Positions 1 through 10,159 of a stretch of DNA of 64,000 bases are shown here, piece by piece. The position numbers were made by a program, and so were the translations under genes. The notes under the pieces were generated by a model that saw only the letters and a program-made list of their open reading frames with translations, was not told where the DNA came from and ran no database searches. Every line of letters starts with the position of its first letter. Position 1 is the stretch's first letter. Where the stretch lies: positions 1,627 through 65,626 of the forward strand of contig JAYOBJ010000009.1 of assembly GCA_038104845.1 (NCBI GenBank), given 5' to 3'. The stretch is from Methanobacteriota archaeon (GTDB lineage Archaea; Thermoplasmatota; Poseidoniia; Poseidoniales; Poseidoniaceae).

Positions 1-1
1 G

Positions 2-1042
2 GCGGCGTTTGGTGGGTTCAACGCCGGTTCGTCACGCCTCCAACGCCCGTTCCTCGTCGACGGCGCCAAGGGGTTTGCCTCCACGTGGTTGGCGGCGTTC
101 CTGAACGAGCACGGCCTCAATGCCGAAGAGGTCAGTGCCTCGGCCGCAGCGCTCAACGACCGATGCGGCGCCGGCGACCTTTCCCCCACGCAAACCTGGA
201 CGGTTGAGGAAGCCGCAGCAGCCGACCACGCCCTTGTGAGCCGGTTGCAACCCGCTCCGGCTGGACGTTGGGTGGGTGCGGCACTGGACGGCGACGGCGA
301 CCGATGCTTGGTCATTGAATCGACCGGCACCGGCTTCAAGGTCGTCGACGGCGATGCCATGGCCGCCGTCTTGTTGGGCGCAGGTTCGGTGGACCGGCCC
401 TGGACCTTCGCCGCCAGCATTGAATCCGATGTGGCGCTGATGGGGCACGTCCAATCGCTCCATTCAGGGACGGTCACGCACGAAACCGGCGTGGGCGACC
501 GGTGGTTGTCGATGTGCTTGCGGCCCAGGGAAGGAGGATGGTGGAGCGCTCCCGAGCTGCCTGCGCTGCTGGGCGTGGAGGACTCCGGTCACGTGGTCAT
601 GGCAAGCCCGCACCCCAACCGGGACGACACCTGGGCGTTGGTGGGCGACGGTGCTGCCACCCTGTGCGCCCTTTTGTGCTCTCTTCACCGACCCTCCGAC
701 CAAGCCTTCCATCGTGGATGGAAATCCCGCATCAGCGTGAAGGACGCCCACCGTGAGCGCTGGCAGGCCAACAACGCCCTGTTCAACGCCACCAAAGATC
801 GCACGCTTGCATGGATGGTGGATGCCGGGTTTGAAGCGGAAGCCAGAACGGTGGAGGGCGAAGACAACCTGCTGCTGGTGCAAGGAATGAACGCCGAAGG
901 AACGGTGTCGCTGGGTATCCGTAACAGCGGAACGCAGGCGAAAACCAGCCTGTCCTTGCGGTTGTCACCCGGACTCGATCCCGAGCCCTTTCAGACGTTG
1001 CTGAATTCACTTCACAGCAGCCTCATGGATGCGCTCACTTGA
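2..1042 (+). CDS. Phosphohexomutase family (phosphoglucosamine/phosphomannomutase-like), 5'-truncated by window edge
   Basis: Frame open from base 2; metal loop DGDGDR, ETGVGDR and GVEDSGH sugar-binding motifs. Confidence 0.8.
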   Translation, partial: AAFGGFNAGSSRLQRPFLVDGAKGFASTWLAAFLNEHGLNAEEVSASAAALNDRCGAGDLSPTQTWTVEEAAAADHALVSRLQPAPAGRWVGAALDGDGDRCLVIESTGTGFKVVDGDAMAAVLLGAGSVDRPWTFAASIESDVALMGHVQSLHSGTVTHETGVGDRWLSMCLRPREGGWWSAPELPALLGVEDSGHVVMASPHPNRDDTWALVGDGAATLCALLCSLHRPSDQAFHRGWKSRISVKDAHRERWQANNALFNATKDRTLAWMVDAGFEAEARTVEGEDNLLLVQGMNAEGTVSLGIRNSGTQAKTSLSLRLSPGLDPEPFQTLLNSLHSSLMDALT

Positions 1043-1244
1043 TGTTGCGATGAACTCCAGCAGAGGGTACGGACGCAACAGGCGTCTCACGGAAGGGTGG
1101 GGTGAGGGTTCAGGCAGATTCTGAATGGCTTGGATTTTGCACACACGCTATCGTGCACGGCACTTACAATACAGAACGGGCTTTCCAGTGGTTTCTGTGT
1201 AGGCCTGAGACCCCCCTGGTTTGGGATTTCCAACCCAGCATGCT

Positions 1245-2108
1245 TCATGGCTCATTGGTTTGCTCGTCGAGAACCTCTGTGGCGATGGCACGAATGTCGG
1301 CCTTCCATTGCGCAAATTCAGGCATGTCCATTGGATCGACACCGTGAACTGCATGAAGCCAAATCAGAGTTCCCGTATCGACGAGCAAGTTTCCTGCATG
1401 ACCCTTCTCATCGGTGAAGAGTGAGGTCGCCCTTGGCCCCTGAAGTTGCTCCACGTCTCCATCAAGATCGCCTGCTTCGAACATCTCGCGCATCTCGTAA
1501 GCAAGGGCTCCATGATGAAAGGTGAACACGTCTGTACCTGGGTAATCTGTACCGAGTTCGTCGGAAAGGTTCCCCCAATACGGATAGAGGTCGAGGGTTG
1601 AATTGGCAGCGTACTCGCTTGCGTTCTCGTACTCACCTGGGAAGTCTTTCCACGGCATGGCCAAACCAATGCGTACGTCAGGATTCTTCTCAACGGCGTA
1701 ATCCGTAAAATTCCAGACGGCTTGATCCGTATCGAGCGTTTGGATGAATTCAGGTGAACAGCAAATCATCACCAACACGTCAATTTCACCTGTGTCAAGA
1801 AAGGATTTGATGTTCGCTTGGTGCTCAGCATCGTCCCACAACAAGCCGGGTGAACCGGATTCACCACCGCTGAATTCGATGTATTGTGCATGGTTCGTCT
1901 CGCCTGCTGTATGAGCATAATCCTCTAACAATTCTGCAAATTTACGACCAAAACTGTGGCCGATGTAGAGGACGTTGTATTCGTCAGGATTCACATCAAG
2001 GGGCATTCGATCGGTGATTTCTCCTTCACCTCCCCTCCCGAGGCCCAAGCATCCCGAGAGCGAGGTGGCGAGGAACAAGATGGCCAACACCAACGCATGG
2101 CGCTTCAT
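1245..2108 (-). CDS. Putative lipoprotein, SGNH/GDSL-like hydrolase
   Basis: Signal peptide MKRH plus hydrophobic stretch and lipobox LSGC; VLYIGHSF (GxS) near the N-terminus and DEKGH near the C-terminus. Confidence 0.6.
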   Translation of the reverse strand: MKRHALVLAILFLATSLSGCLGLGRGGEGEITDRMPLDVNPDEYNVLYIGHSFGRKFAELLEDYAHTAGETNHAQYIEFSGGESGSPGLLWDDAEHQANIKSFLDTGEIDVLVMICCSPEFIQTLDTDQAVWNFTDYAVEKNPDVRIGLAMPWKDFPGEYENASEYAANSTLDLYPYWGNLSDELGTDYPGTDVFTFHHGALAYEMREMFEAGDLDGDVEQLQGPRATSLFTDEKGHAGNLLVDTGTLIWLHAVHGVDPMDMPEFAQWKADIRAIATEVLDEQTNEP

Positions 2109-2229
2109 GGTTGAGCGTAGGAAGGGCGAAACAAGAAACTTTGGAACGACGTGAACATCGTCTCGTTTATACTGGCCCGAAAATCATGGATGGCGCGTGG
2201 CCCTTCACATGGGTACCCTTTGATTCGGA

Positions 2230-5200
2230 TCAAGCCTCGGCCAACAGGTCTTGGCGCGATTGCGTCAGGAGCGTCACAGCGAACAGCAGCACGGCGGAGG
2301 CCACCAACATCACCAGCAAGGCGGTGGCCGATGCGCCGGTCACGAAGAGCACCGCTGCGAACAGCCACCCGACGGCAAGGTCGGTCGCTCCAATCACCCG
2401 CCACGAGGTGCGGAGGGTGAGCAACCCGGCGATCCACGCCGTGGCCGAGGCCATGATGCCGACCAAGGTCAGCACGAACAACGAACCCATCGTGAGCCCG
2501 GCCCCGTAAGCGAGCAGGTGCATGGCCCACAGCCCGCTGGCCAACCACAAGCCACGGTCGGTCTGCACCAACCACGCAGACCACACCGCACAGCCCACGC
2601 CCAACACCAGCGCCGCTTCGGCGGGTGCGATGTTGAGCCCCAGCGGTACCAGCGCCCACACCTGCCAGCTTTGGACGAGGAACGGCAACGCCAGCAGCCC
2701 CACCAGCACCACGGCCGGTTGCTGCCAAGCCCGCGCCCGCAGGAAACCGAAGATGACGGCCAAGACGCCGGCCAGGCCGACCGAGAGGACCACGACGCTT
2801 CCCAACCAGGCGCTTCGGCCCAAAGCGCCGCGATGGTCGTCCAGTTCGCGCCGCAAACGTTCGCGCTCAACCCAATCGAACACCAGCACCATGCCGACCA
2901 GCACGGCCTCGGTGCCCCAAATCGGGAGGCCCCACGACAGGAACGAGCCGTTGAACGGGTCGGTGACGAGCGGCAGGGGCACTTCGCCGCCGATGAGCAC
3001 GGTGATGAGGCGGTCGATGACCAACAGACCCAGCACGGCCTCGAGTGCACTCGGCAAACGCAGACCGAGGTCGTTGCGACCGAACAAGCCCAACCAGGCC
3101 AGCCCGACCAAGCCGAGCACCAGCACGAGTTGGTGGGTGGCATCGCTGCCGTCAAGCACGCCGACGGTCATCCGCCCTGCGACGTGAATCAACGTCAACC
3201 CCCCCATCGCCACCGCAATCGGCAGCTCAACCCCAAACGCGTCAGGAAGGCGCAGGCCGATGGCGTTCGCTCGGGCTTTGGACAACCCGACCAGGACCAC
3301 GAAGAACGCCGTACTGAACACCAGTGTCGCCCAGCCAAGTGCCGTGGCATAGGCCGTCCAAGCACCAACAACAGCGGTCACGCCAAGGAACAAGAGCATC
3401 ACGACCGGGCGGTAGTGAATATCGCCAACGATCAAGTCGTCCGGGTCGCTCACGGATTGACGTTTGGAACGTCGGCGTTGCGTTTCAGCAAGCGCCAACA
3501 ATTGCGCGTCCACCCGCTTCAGCGCCACTTCCGTTTGGCCATCGGAGGACGAGGACGTGGCCATCCATGCCTCCATGTTGGCCCGCTTCTCGTTGAACGC
3601 AGCCTCGCGTGCGTCCCGGCTCGCCACCGCTTTCAACCCCGAGCGCACGTCGCCTTGGAACGCCAAGTACGCCCCGACGCTGACGAACATGCCGAGGGCG
3701 ACGAAGAGAATGCCAGCGTTGTCCAGCGTCTGTCCAACCATGGCCACGGCAAGGATGGCCGAGACCGCTCCCACCGTCGGGGGCAGAAGACGCTCCGTCG
3801 ACGGCAAGCGCCAGAGATAGGCCGCCAACAGCACACCCGAAGCGGCCACCAAGACCCATGCGTTGAGGGAGCCTGACATCCATCCTTGACCGTCCAATGC
3901 GGCGGTACGCGTTGGGTCCAGCCCCACCACCAGCAGCAAGGCGGTCAGCCCAGCCAGCATCGCCGTGAGCATGCGCCCAACCGGGTCGTGATGCCGCTGC
4001 TCAGGCTCACGGGCGTACAGGCGCACATCGGCCTGAAGCAGCAAAAAGCCACCCAACAGCAGCACAGCCGCCCAACTGGCCTCATCACCGAACCGCCACG
4101 CCATGGCAACGGCAGCGAGGCACCACACGATGAACAACGGGCGGGAACGGCCGGTGTGAATCTCGGTCCACACCATGGTACCGTGGGCGATGAGCAGCAC
4201 GCCCATCCCGGCCAACAACCACGGTGCGGTCAAGCCGTCGGGACGAGCCATGCCGTAGAACGTCACGGTGGCGAGCACGAAGCCAAGGTTCCAGAGGTTC
4301 AACGAAGCCCCGTCGCGCAAACGGGCACTGATCTCCGAAAAACCTCCAAATCGTCCGGCCAGGTTCAAGTGGGCCGAACCGAGTGCCCGGTTCACCCCCA
4401 CCTGTTGGAACATCAACAGGGTCATCCACACCCCCACATCCGTCGAGCCGAGCGATATGGGGAGCACATCGGCGTTGATCAGCCGTGACTCCACGTCCGT
4501 GGCGAAGACGAGCAGCCAGGCAAGCGGGGCCAACACCGCGACGCCTGCCATGCTGGGTGAGCGTCGTTGCACCGCCAATGCCCCTAAGCCCAACCACACC
4601 ACGCCCTGCGTGACCAAGAGCAGCCGAGCACTTGCGCCAGCGTCGTCGGCCGGAATGAGCAAGGTGAGCAAGATCACGACCACCAGGGCGCCCAACCACA
4701 GCACGTGGTCGGACACGTCGGTCTGGTGGCGCAACAACAACCCCGTGACCACCGCCACGGCCCCGGTGGCAAACACGGCATAATCGGACAGCGCCCAGGG
4801 CCAATCCACGGTGAATTGGCCGCTCGCCAGCAGCGCCAACCCCGCCAACAGCACGGGCGCCGGGACGAGGATGAAGGGCGCCATGGACGGCCAACTCACG
4901 CCGCGAACCGACAGGTAGGACGCCACGAACGCCAAGGAGAGCATCGACAATTGAGCCAGCGCGTACCCCGTGTCGGCCCGATGCGCAGCGATGACCATCA
5001 ACGCACCCACCATACCCAACGACACGGAGACGGCCCAGAGCCCCGGTTGCCCGAGTCCAACAGCGTTGACCGCCTGACTCAACCAGTTGGGCTTGTCCAC
5101 GAACCGAGCCGCCATGGCAGCGTTGGCGGTGGTGACCGCAGCGAGCAACAAAAACAACGTGAACCGATCTTCAAGGGGCAACAGCGTGAGTGAAAACACG

Positions 5201-6090
5201 GTCCATTCGTTGGACAATGCATGAACGCCAACCCACAGGTACGAGATGGAGATGCCGAGACTGGCCAAGTTTCCCGATGATCGGGCGAGCGCCAGGCCGT
5301 GCATCAACGCCATGGCGAGCACCAGCACGACGGCCACGCCCATTTCCCCGTACACCGCTCCAGCACCGCTGCCCACAGCGAACAACACCAGCGCCGATTG
5401 AGCAGCGATGGCGTCCTCGTCGTGATGGAACGCCAAACCAACGTTCACCGCGACCAGTCCCAGGAGCGCGAGCCCGAGGGTTTCACCCGCACCAATGGGT
5501 GAAGCATCAAACCAACCCCACCGCCATGCATCGAGGGCCAGGCCGTACAGCAACTTCATCGCAATGATGACCCAAGTGACGCCCAAGAGGTGCATCGACG
5601 GGCGTTGAATCCAGCGCTGGCCCAGCGCCAACCCCGCGGCGGCCATGGCGACGAGCCCGATGGCGCTGACCGCCTCGGGCAACACGGTGCCCACCACCGC
5701 ACCGATGGCGGTCCACACCAGCACCATGGCGACCATGAGCCCGCGGCTGAGGTGCTGTTCGGCTTCGACCAAACCAAGGTCCTCGGGCGTTCGCTGACCG
5801 TCGTCAACGGGTGCCTCGAGGCTGAACAAGTCGGCCATGTCTCCGACCGCTGCGTCCCGCTGAGCTTCATCGCTGTTGGCTGCTGCAGGCAAGGAAGCCT
5901 CATCGCTGGCGGTCGGACCTTCAACCACAGTGGTCGAACCGTCAGCATGCGTAGCGACCTCGCCGGTTGCGGCGGCATCGTCCACCATGAACGCTCCGAG
6001 GTTCATGCCGCGCGCCCTTCCAAACGCCTTGGCCCGCAAGACATCGTCATCGTCGGGTGCCGGGGTCCCTTCGATTGGCCCCCCGTCCAT
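2230..6090 (-). CDS. Large polytopic membrane protein (1286 aa), function unknown
   Basis: Acidic N-terminus followed by dozens of hydrophobic helices and one soluble coiled-coil loop. Confidence 0.85.
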   Translation of the reverse strand: MDGGPIEGTPAPDDDDVLRAKAFGRARGMNLGAFMVDDAAATGEVATHADGSTTVVEGPTASDEASLPAAANSDEAQRDAAVGDMADLFSLEAPVDDGQRTPEDLGLVEAEQHLSRGLMVAMVLVWTAIGAVVGTVLPEAVSAIGLVAMAAAGLALGQRWIQRPSMHLLGVTWVIIAMKLLYGLALDAWRWGWFDASPIGAGETLGLALLGLVAVNVGLAFHHDEDAIAAQSALVLFAVGSGAGAVYGEMGVAVVLVLAMALMHGLALARSSGNLASLGISISYLWVGVHALSNEWTVFSLTLLPLEDRFTLFLLLAAVTTANAAMAARFVDKPNWLSQAVNAVGLGQPGLWAVSVSLGMVGALMVIAAHRADTGYALAQLSMLSLAFVASYLSVRGVSWPSMAPFILVPAPVLLAGLALLASGQFTVDWPWALSDYAVFATGAVAVVTGLLLRHQTDVSDHVLWLGALVVVILLTLLIPADDAGASARLLLVTQGVVWLGLGALAVQRRSPSMAGVAVLAPLAWLLVFATDVESRLINADVLPISLGSTDVGVWMTLLMFQQVGVNRALGSAHLNLAGRFGGFSEISARLRDGASLNLWNLGFVLATVTFYGMARPDGLTAPWLLAGMGVLLIAHGTMVWTEIHTGRSRPLFIVWCLAAVAMAWRFGDEASWAAVLLLGGFLLLQADVRLYAREPEQRHHDPVGRMLTAMLAGLTALLLVVGLDPTRTAALDGQGWMSGSLNAWVLVAASGVLLAAYLWRLPSTERLLPPTVGAVSAILAVAMVGQTLDNAGILFVALGMFVSVGAYLAFQGDVRSGLKAVASRDAREAAFNEKRANMEAWMATSSSSDGQTEVALKRVDAQLLALAETQRRRSKRQSVSDPDDLIVGDIHYRPVVMLLFLGVTAVVGAWTAYATALGWATLVFSTAFFVVLVGLSKARANAIGLRLPDAFGVELPIAVAMGGLTLIHVAGRMTVGVLDGSDATHQLVLVLGLVGLAWLGLFGRNDLGLRLPSALEAVLGLLVIDRLITVLIGGEVPLPLVTDPFNGSFLSWGLPIWGTEAVLVGMVLVFDWVERERLRRELDDHRGALGRSAWLGSVVVLSVGLAGVLAVIFGFLRARAWQQPAVVLVGLLALPFLVQSWQVWALVPLGLNIAPAEAALVLGVGCAVWSAWLVQTDRGLWLASGLWAMHLLAYGAGLTMGSLFVLTLVGIMASATAWIAGLLTLRTSWRVIGATDLAVGWLFAAVLFVTGASATALLVMLVASAVLLFAVTLLTQSRQDLLAEA

Positions 6091-6278
6091 GGCCTTCGGT
6101 CGTTTCGGTGGCGTCTTGAAGTTGACCGACGGGCAACGGCCAAAACACGGTTTCTGTCACGCCACAACCTTTCGCAAGGAAGGAGGGCCCAACGCACTTG
6201 AAGGCTTGAATTCAAACCGGACCGAGGTGCGTGTGAACGAGCCAAAAGGGACAAAGAGGGGCGGTGGAAACGGTCGGC

Positions 6279-7880
6279 ATGGGCGGCCACTTCGGCAAGC
6301 AATCCGGCAACCTCTCCGACCACGGACTGAACCCCTCGGGCGACGTCCACTGGAACCTCGAAACCACCGACCTCATCGCCATGGCGGTGGAGCGCGGCGA
6401 GGGGGTGCTCAGCGCCCACGGCGCCTTGGTGACCGAAACCGGTGAGCGCACCGGTCGTTCGCCCAACGACAAGTACATCGTCGACGAGCCGAGCGTTGCC
6501 AACGACATCAACTGGGGTGAAGTCAACGTCTCCACCGACGAGGCCACCTTTGAGCGCATGCGCGCCAAGGTCGTTGAATTCCTGAGCCAGCAACCTGCAC
6601 TGTTCGTTCAGGACCTGTACTGCGGCGCCGATTTCAGCGAAGCCTTGCCCATCCGCGTGATCAACCACAACGCCTGGCACAACACCTTCGCCCGCAACAT
6701 GTTCATTCGACCCGACGATGCGCAGTTGGAGCAACACGCCCCCGAATTCACGGTGCTGCACGCACCGCACTTCGAAGCGGACGCCGAAGCCGACGGACTC
6801 AACTCCCACTGCTTCGTCATCGTGAATTACGCCCGAAAAGAGGTCATCATCGGGGGCACCCGATACGCCGGTGAAATCAAAAAATCGATCTTCTCGGTGA
6901 TGAACCTGATCTTGCCGAAGAAGGGCATCTTGCCCATGCACTGCTCTGCCAACACCAACGGCGACAACACGGCCATCTTCTTCGGGCTCTCCGGCACCGG
7001 GAAAACCACGTTGTCGGCCGACCCGAAGCGCGCCCTCATCGGTGACGACGAACACGGCTGGGGCGCCAACGGCGTCTTCAATTTCGAAGGCGGTTGCTAC
7101 GCCAAACTGATCGACCTGTCCGAAGAGGACGAACCTGCCATCTTTGCCACCACCCGGAAACACGGCACGGTGTTGGAAAACATCGTCCTCGACGCCGATG
7201 GTGTGCCGGATTTCCACGACACGAGCAAGACCCAGAACACCCGCGGTTCGTACCCCATTGAGTTCATCGACAACCGCACCGTCGACTCCAAAGGCGGTCA
7301 CCCGCAAAACGTCATCTTCCTGACCTGCGACGCCTTCGGTGTTCTCCCGCCGATCTCAAGGCTCACACCCGCTCAGGCGGCCTACCACTTCATCTCCGGC
7401 TACACCGCCAAGGTGGCCGGGACCGAAATCGGTGTGAAGGAACCGCAAGCCACGTTCTCGGCCTGCTTCGGTGAACCCTTCATGCCCATGCACCCCGGTG
7501 TTTACGCCGACCTGCTCTCGGAGAAAATGGACACCCACGGCTCCACCGCCTGGCTCATCAACACCGGTTGGTCAGGCGGGGCCTACGGCGTGGGCAACCG
7601 CATGAAAATCAAGTACACGCGCGCCATGCTCAACGCCGCCCTCGACGGCGATCTCAACGACGTGACCTACGTGAAGGACGAACGGTTTGGATTCGATGTG
7701 CCCACTTCCTGCCCCGGCGTCCCAGCCGATGTGCTGCAGCCCAAATCCACCTGGGGCGATGGCGACGCCTACGACACCACGGCCGACAAGTTGGCCACCA
7801 TGTTCAACGAGAACTTCAAGCGGTACGCCGCTGGTGTTTCGCCTGAGGTCAACGCTGCTGCACCGACCTCGCTGGCTTGA
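6279..7880 (+). CDS. pckA: Phosphoenolpyruvate carboxykinase (ATP)
   Basis: TGRSPNDK, GGTRYAGEIKKS, Walker A GLSGTGKTT, LIGDDEHGW, FNFEGGCYAK. Confidence 0.97.
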   Translation: MGGHFGKQSGNLSDHGLNPSGDVHWNLETTDLIAMAVERGEGVLSAHGALVTETGERTGRSPNDKYIVDEPSVANDINWGEVNVSTDEATFERMRAKVVEFLSQQPALFVQDLYCGADFSEALPIRVINHNAWHNTFARNMFIRPDDAQLEQHAPEFTVLHAPHFEADAEADGLNSHCFVIVNYARKEVIIGGTRYAGEIKKSIFSVMNLILPKKGILPMHCSANTNGDNTAIFFGLSGTGKTTLSADPKRALIGDDEHGWGANGVFNFEGGCYAKLIDLSEEDEPAIFATTRKHGTVLENIVLDADGVPDFHDTSKTQNTRGSYPIEFIDNRTVDSKGGHPQNVIFLTCDAFGVLPPISRLTPAQAAYHFISGYTAKVAGTEIGVKEPQATFSACFGEPFMPMHPGVYADLLSEKMDTHGSTAWLINTGWSGGAYGVGNRMKIKYTRAMLNAALDGDLNDVTYVKDERFGFDVPTSCPGVPADVLQPKSTWGDGDAYDTTADKLATMFNENFKRYAAGVSPEVNAAAPTSLA

Positions 7881-7989
7881 AGCCGGACCCTTGACCACCG
7901 TGTGGGTCGTGCGTGTCCCTGCATGATGCATGCGCGGGTTCCATCACCCGAAATGGATCGTACCTCATCGCTGAAACACGAACTTCGCT

Positions 7990-9537
7990 TCATTCGCCCA
8001 AGTGCTGTTCGGCCTCGGCAAGGTGAGGTGCCTTTCGGGCGGTGTCGTCCACCGGCGTGAGTCGGTCAAGCACGAGGCGAAGCAACGGCAAATCGTCGTG
8101 CTCGCCGTCGTTCAGTGCTCGCTGCGCCGTGACCATGCGCTCCGCTAACCGTTCCAAACGAATCTCATCGGCGGCCAAAACAGCGCATTCCATGGCCTCG
8201 TCAAAGAGTTCAATGGCTAGATCAGGCCGGTCGATGGCCATCAAGTCGCGGCCCATTTTCTCCAAGACGTCACACCCCGGACCCGGGGCGCCCATCAACG
8301 TGGGAGCGGCCTTTTCCACCCATTCGGTGGCCACGCTCTGTTCGCCGTTCAAAGCCGCCGTGATGGCCGCCAACACCTGCGAAGGTACGGACTCCATCGG
8401 ATCGGTCGTGGGCTGCTGCGCGGCCGTGGTCAACAATCGATCGGCTCGTTCGAGTTCGCCTGCTTGGAGCGCGAGCATCCCCAAACGTCGCATCGCTTTG
8501 CGTTCCGAGCCCACATCGTCCACCAGCGTGGCCAAGTGGAGGGCACGGGCCAAGTGGCGCCGGGCGTGTTGGAAGTGCCCCGACATGCGGGCCATCAAGC
8601 CGAGCGCTGATTCGGTTCGCAGAAAACTCCCTGCCATGGCCCGGTGGGCGATTTCCGCTTGCGCTTCATCGAGGGGAGCCAGCCCCATCCCCACTTCTTC
8701 CATGACCTCCATCATCAGCAAGGAGGTGGATTCAACCGCTGCAGGAAGGTGCTCGTCCGCTTGGGTTCGCAAGGTTTCGAGATGCGCATCGAGCTTGGCG
8801 ACCGGGGCGCAGATCGTGGGCAACGCACCCAGCGCTTCCACCCGCTTGGGTTTGATCGTGTAGCCTCGAATCAACCGGGTGAGGTCAGCGATTTTTCGAC
8901 GCTCCTCCTGACCGTCGTCCGGACCGTCATCGTCCGTCGAAAGGGCATGACTGGAGGACAGCAGGGAATCCACCATCCACGTCAACTTCTTTTGAACATC
9001 GTACTCATCACGACGGCTGATGGCATAGCTCATCTCCGCCGCACGCACTTGCCGCGACAAACTGCGAAAACGCGCTTCCCTTGGCCCGTCGTTGGCCCCC
9101 TCCACCAACCGTTCCACGAACGTCGAAGGGGGGCAGGTTGTGAAGCGAAGGTTCGCGCGCTCGGCGGTGGTGGTCATTTTGAAGTCGTCCGAGACCAACA
9201 CCACTTCAGCGTGTTCAGCACCCAAGCCGTCGGCCAACACCATCAGGGAGAGGTCAACGTCTTGCGGTGCAGCGGCCTCACCAATTTTCTGAGCCAGTGC
9301 ACGGACATCCGCTTCGTCCACGGGTACGCTGTGCAACAACGGTTGGAGGGCCTTCAGCACCCGCGGCCGGCCGTTGCATCGTCGAAAGGCGACCGTGGCC
9401 ACCTCCCGCTCCACGCCGGGCGTGATCAGCAGGCGGCCCCCGTTGAGGGCGGCGGTCAAATCCTGAACGAACCCGTCCTCGGCTTTCTGCCCCAGGTGGA
9501 TGAAGCAGTTGGAATCCACCACCCATGCAACGCTCAT
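7990..9537 (-). CDS. PIN-like domain protein with C-terminal TPR-like helical repeats
   Basis: N-terminal VVDSNCFI...DVDLSL...LVSDDF acidic PIN pattern; Ala/Leu-rich helical repeats after it. Confidence 0.6.
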   Translation of the reverse strand: MSVAWVVDSNCFIHLGQKAEDGFVQDLTAALNGGRLLITPGVEREVATVAFRRCNGRPRVLKALQPLLHSVPVDEADVRALAQKIGEAAAPQDVDLSLMVLADGLGAEHAEVVLVSDDFKMTTTAERANLRFTTCPPSTFVERLVEGANDGPREARFRSLSRQVRAAEMSYAISRRDEYDVQKKLTWMVDSLLSSSHALSTDDDGPDDGQEERRKIADLTRLIRGYTIKPKRVEALGALPTICAPVAKLDAHLETLRTQADEHLPAAVESTSLLMMEVMEEVGMGLAPLDEAQAEIAHRAMAGSFLRTESALGLMARMSGHFQHARRHLARALHLATLVDDVGSERKAMRRLGMLALQAGELERADRLLTTAAQQPTTDPMESVPSQVLAAITAALNGEQSVATEWVEKAAPTLMGAPGPGCDVLEKMGRDLMAIDRPDLAIELFDEAMECAVLAADEIRLERLAERMVTAQRALNDGEHDDLPLLRLVLDRLTPVDDTARKAPHLAEAEQHLGE

Positions 9538-9620
9538 GCCGTTTCCCTGTTCACGCAGGGCATCATGTTTGTGTCACGTGGGCAACCCGTGAGCGCCGCT
9601 TCATGGCCCAAGGTTGTCCA

Positions 9621-10073
9621 TCACAACGGGAGGGTTTCCGGTGTGTCACGGGTGGAAAACCGTTGAACATGGCCGTCTTCATCGATGAGGAACTTCTCAA
9701 AATTCCATCGTACATCGCCGGTGTAGCCACTCGCGTCAGCGGTGGTGCAGAGGCGATCAAACAGTTCGAGCCGATTCGATCCGTTGACGTCGCCCTTCGC
9801 CATCAACGGAAACGTTACGCTGTACTTGGACGCGGTGAATTCACAAATCTCGCTGTGGGACCCTGGCTCTTGGGCGCCGAATTGGTTGCAGGGGAACCCC
9901 ACCACAGTCAAGCCTTCGTGGGCTTCATGCAACGTTTGCAAGCCGGCGTATTGAGGCGTGGCACCGCACGCGCTGGCGACGTTGACCACCAACCAGCGTT
10001 GCCCGCCAAGGCCCCGCAGGGTGGTGGTATCGCCGTTCATGGTCGGAAAGGGAAGGTCGAGCACAGAGGTCAT
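9621..10073 (-). CDS. gpx: Glutathione peroxidase family (Cys type)
   Basis: VNVASACG, GFPCNQFG.QE, WNFEKFLI. Confidence 0.93.
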   Translation of the reverse strand: MTSVLDLPFPTMNGDTTTLRGLGGQRWLVVNVASACGATPQYAGLQTLHEAHEGLTVVGFPCNQFGAQEPGSHSEICEFTASKYSVTFPLMAKGDVNGSNRLELFDRLCTTADASGYTGDVRWNFEKFLIDEDGHVQRFSTRDTPETLPL

Positions 10074-10159
10074 GGCCAGTGGTTGAGCCCACCGGCTATC
10101 AAGATGTGCTTGCACCAACCAAAGCAAACCCTCATGAAGCGGCGGTTGATGGTGGAGCC

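Noticed and set aside
1170-1186. ACAGAACGGGCTT resembling the RNase P RNA 3' conserved region
   Set aside because: No matching 5' GAGGAAAGTCC-like element, and the upstream space is occupied by a CDS.
2251-3876. Long antisense or alternate-frame ORFs (e.g. 2251-3876, 6003-7307, 23245-24414, 49061-50515, 62445-63863)
   Set aside because: They are shadows of well-supported genes in high-GC DNA, with no motifs and atypical composition.
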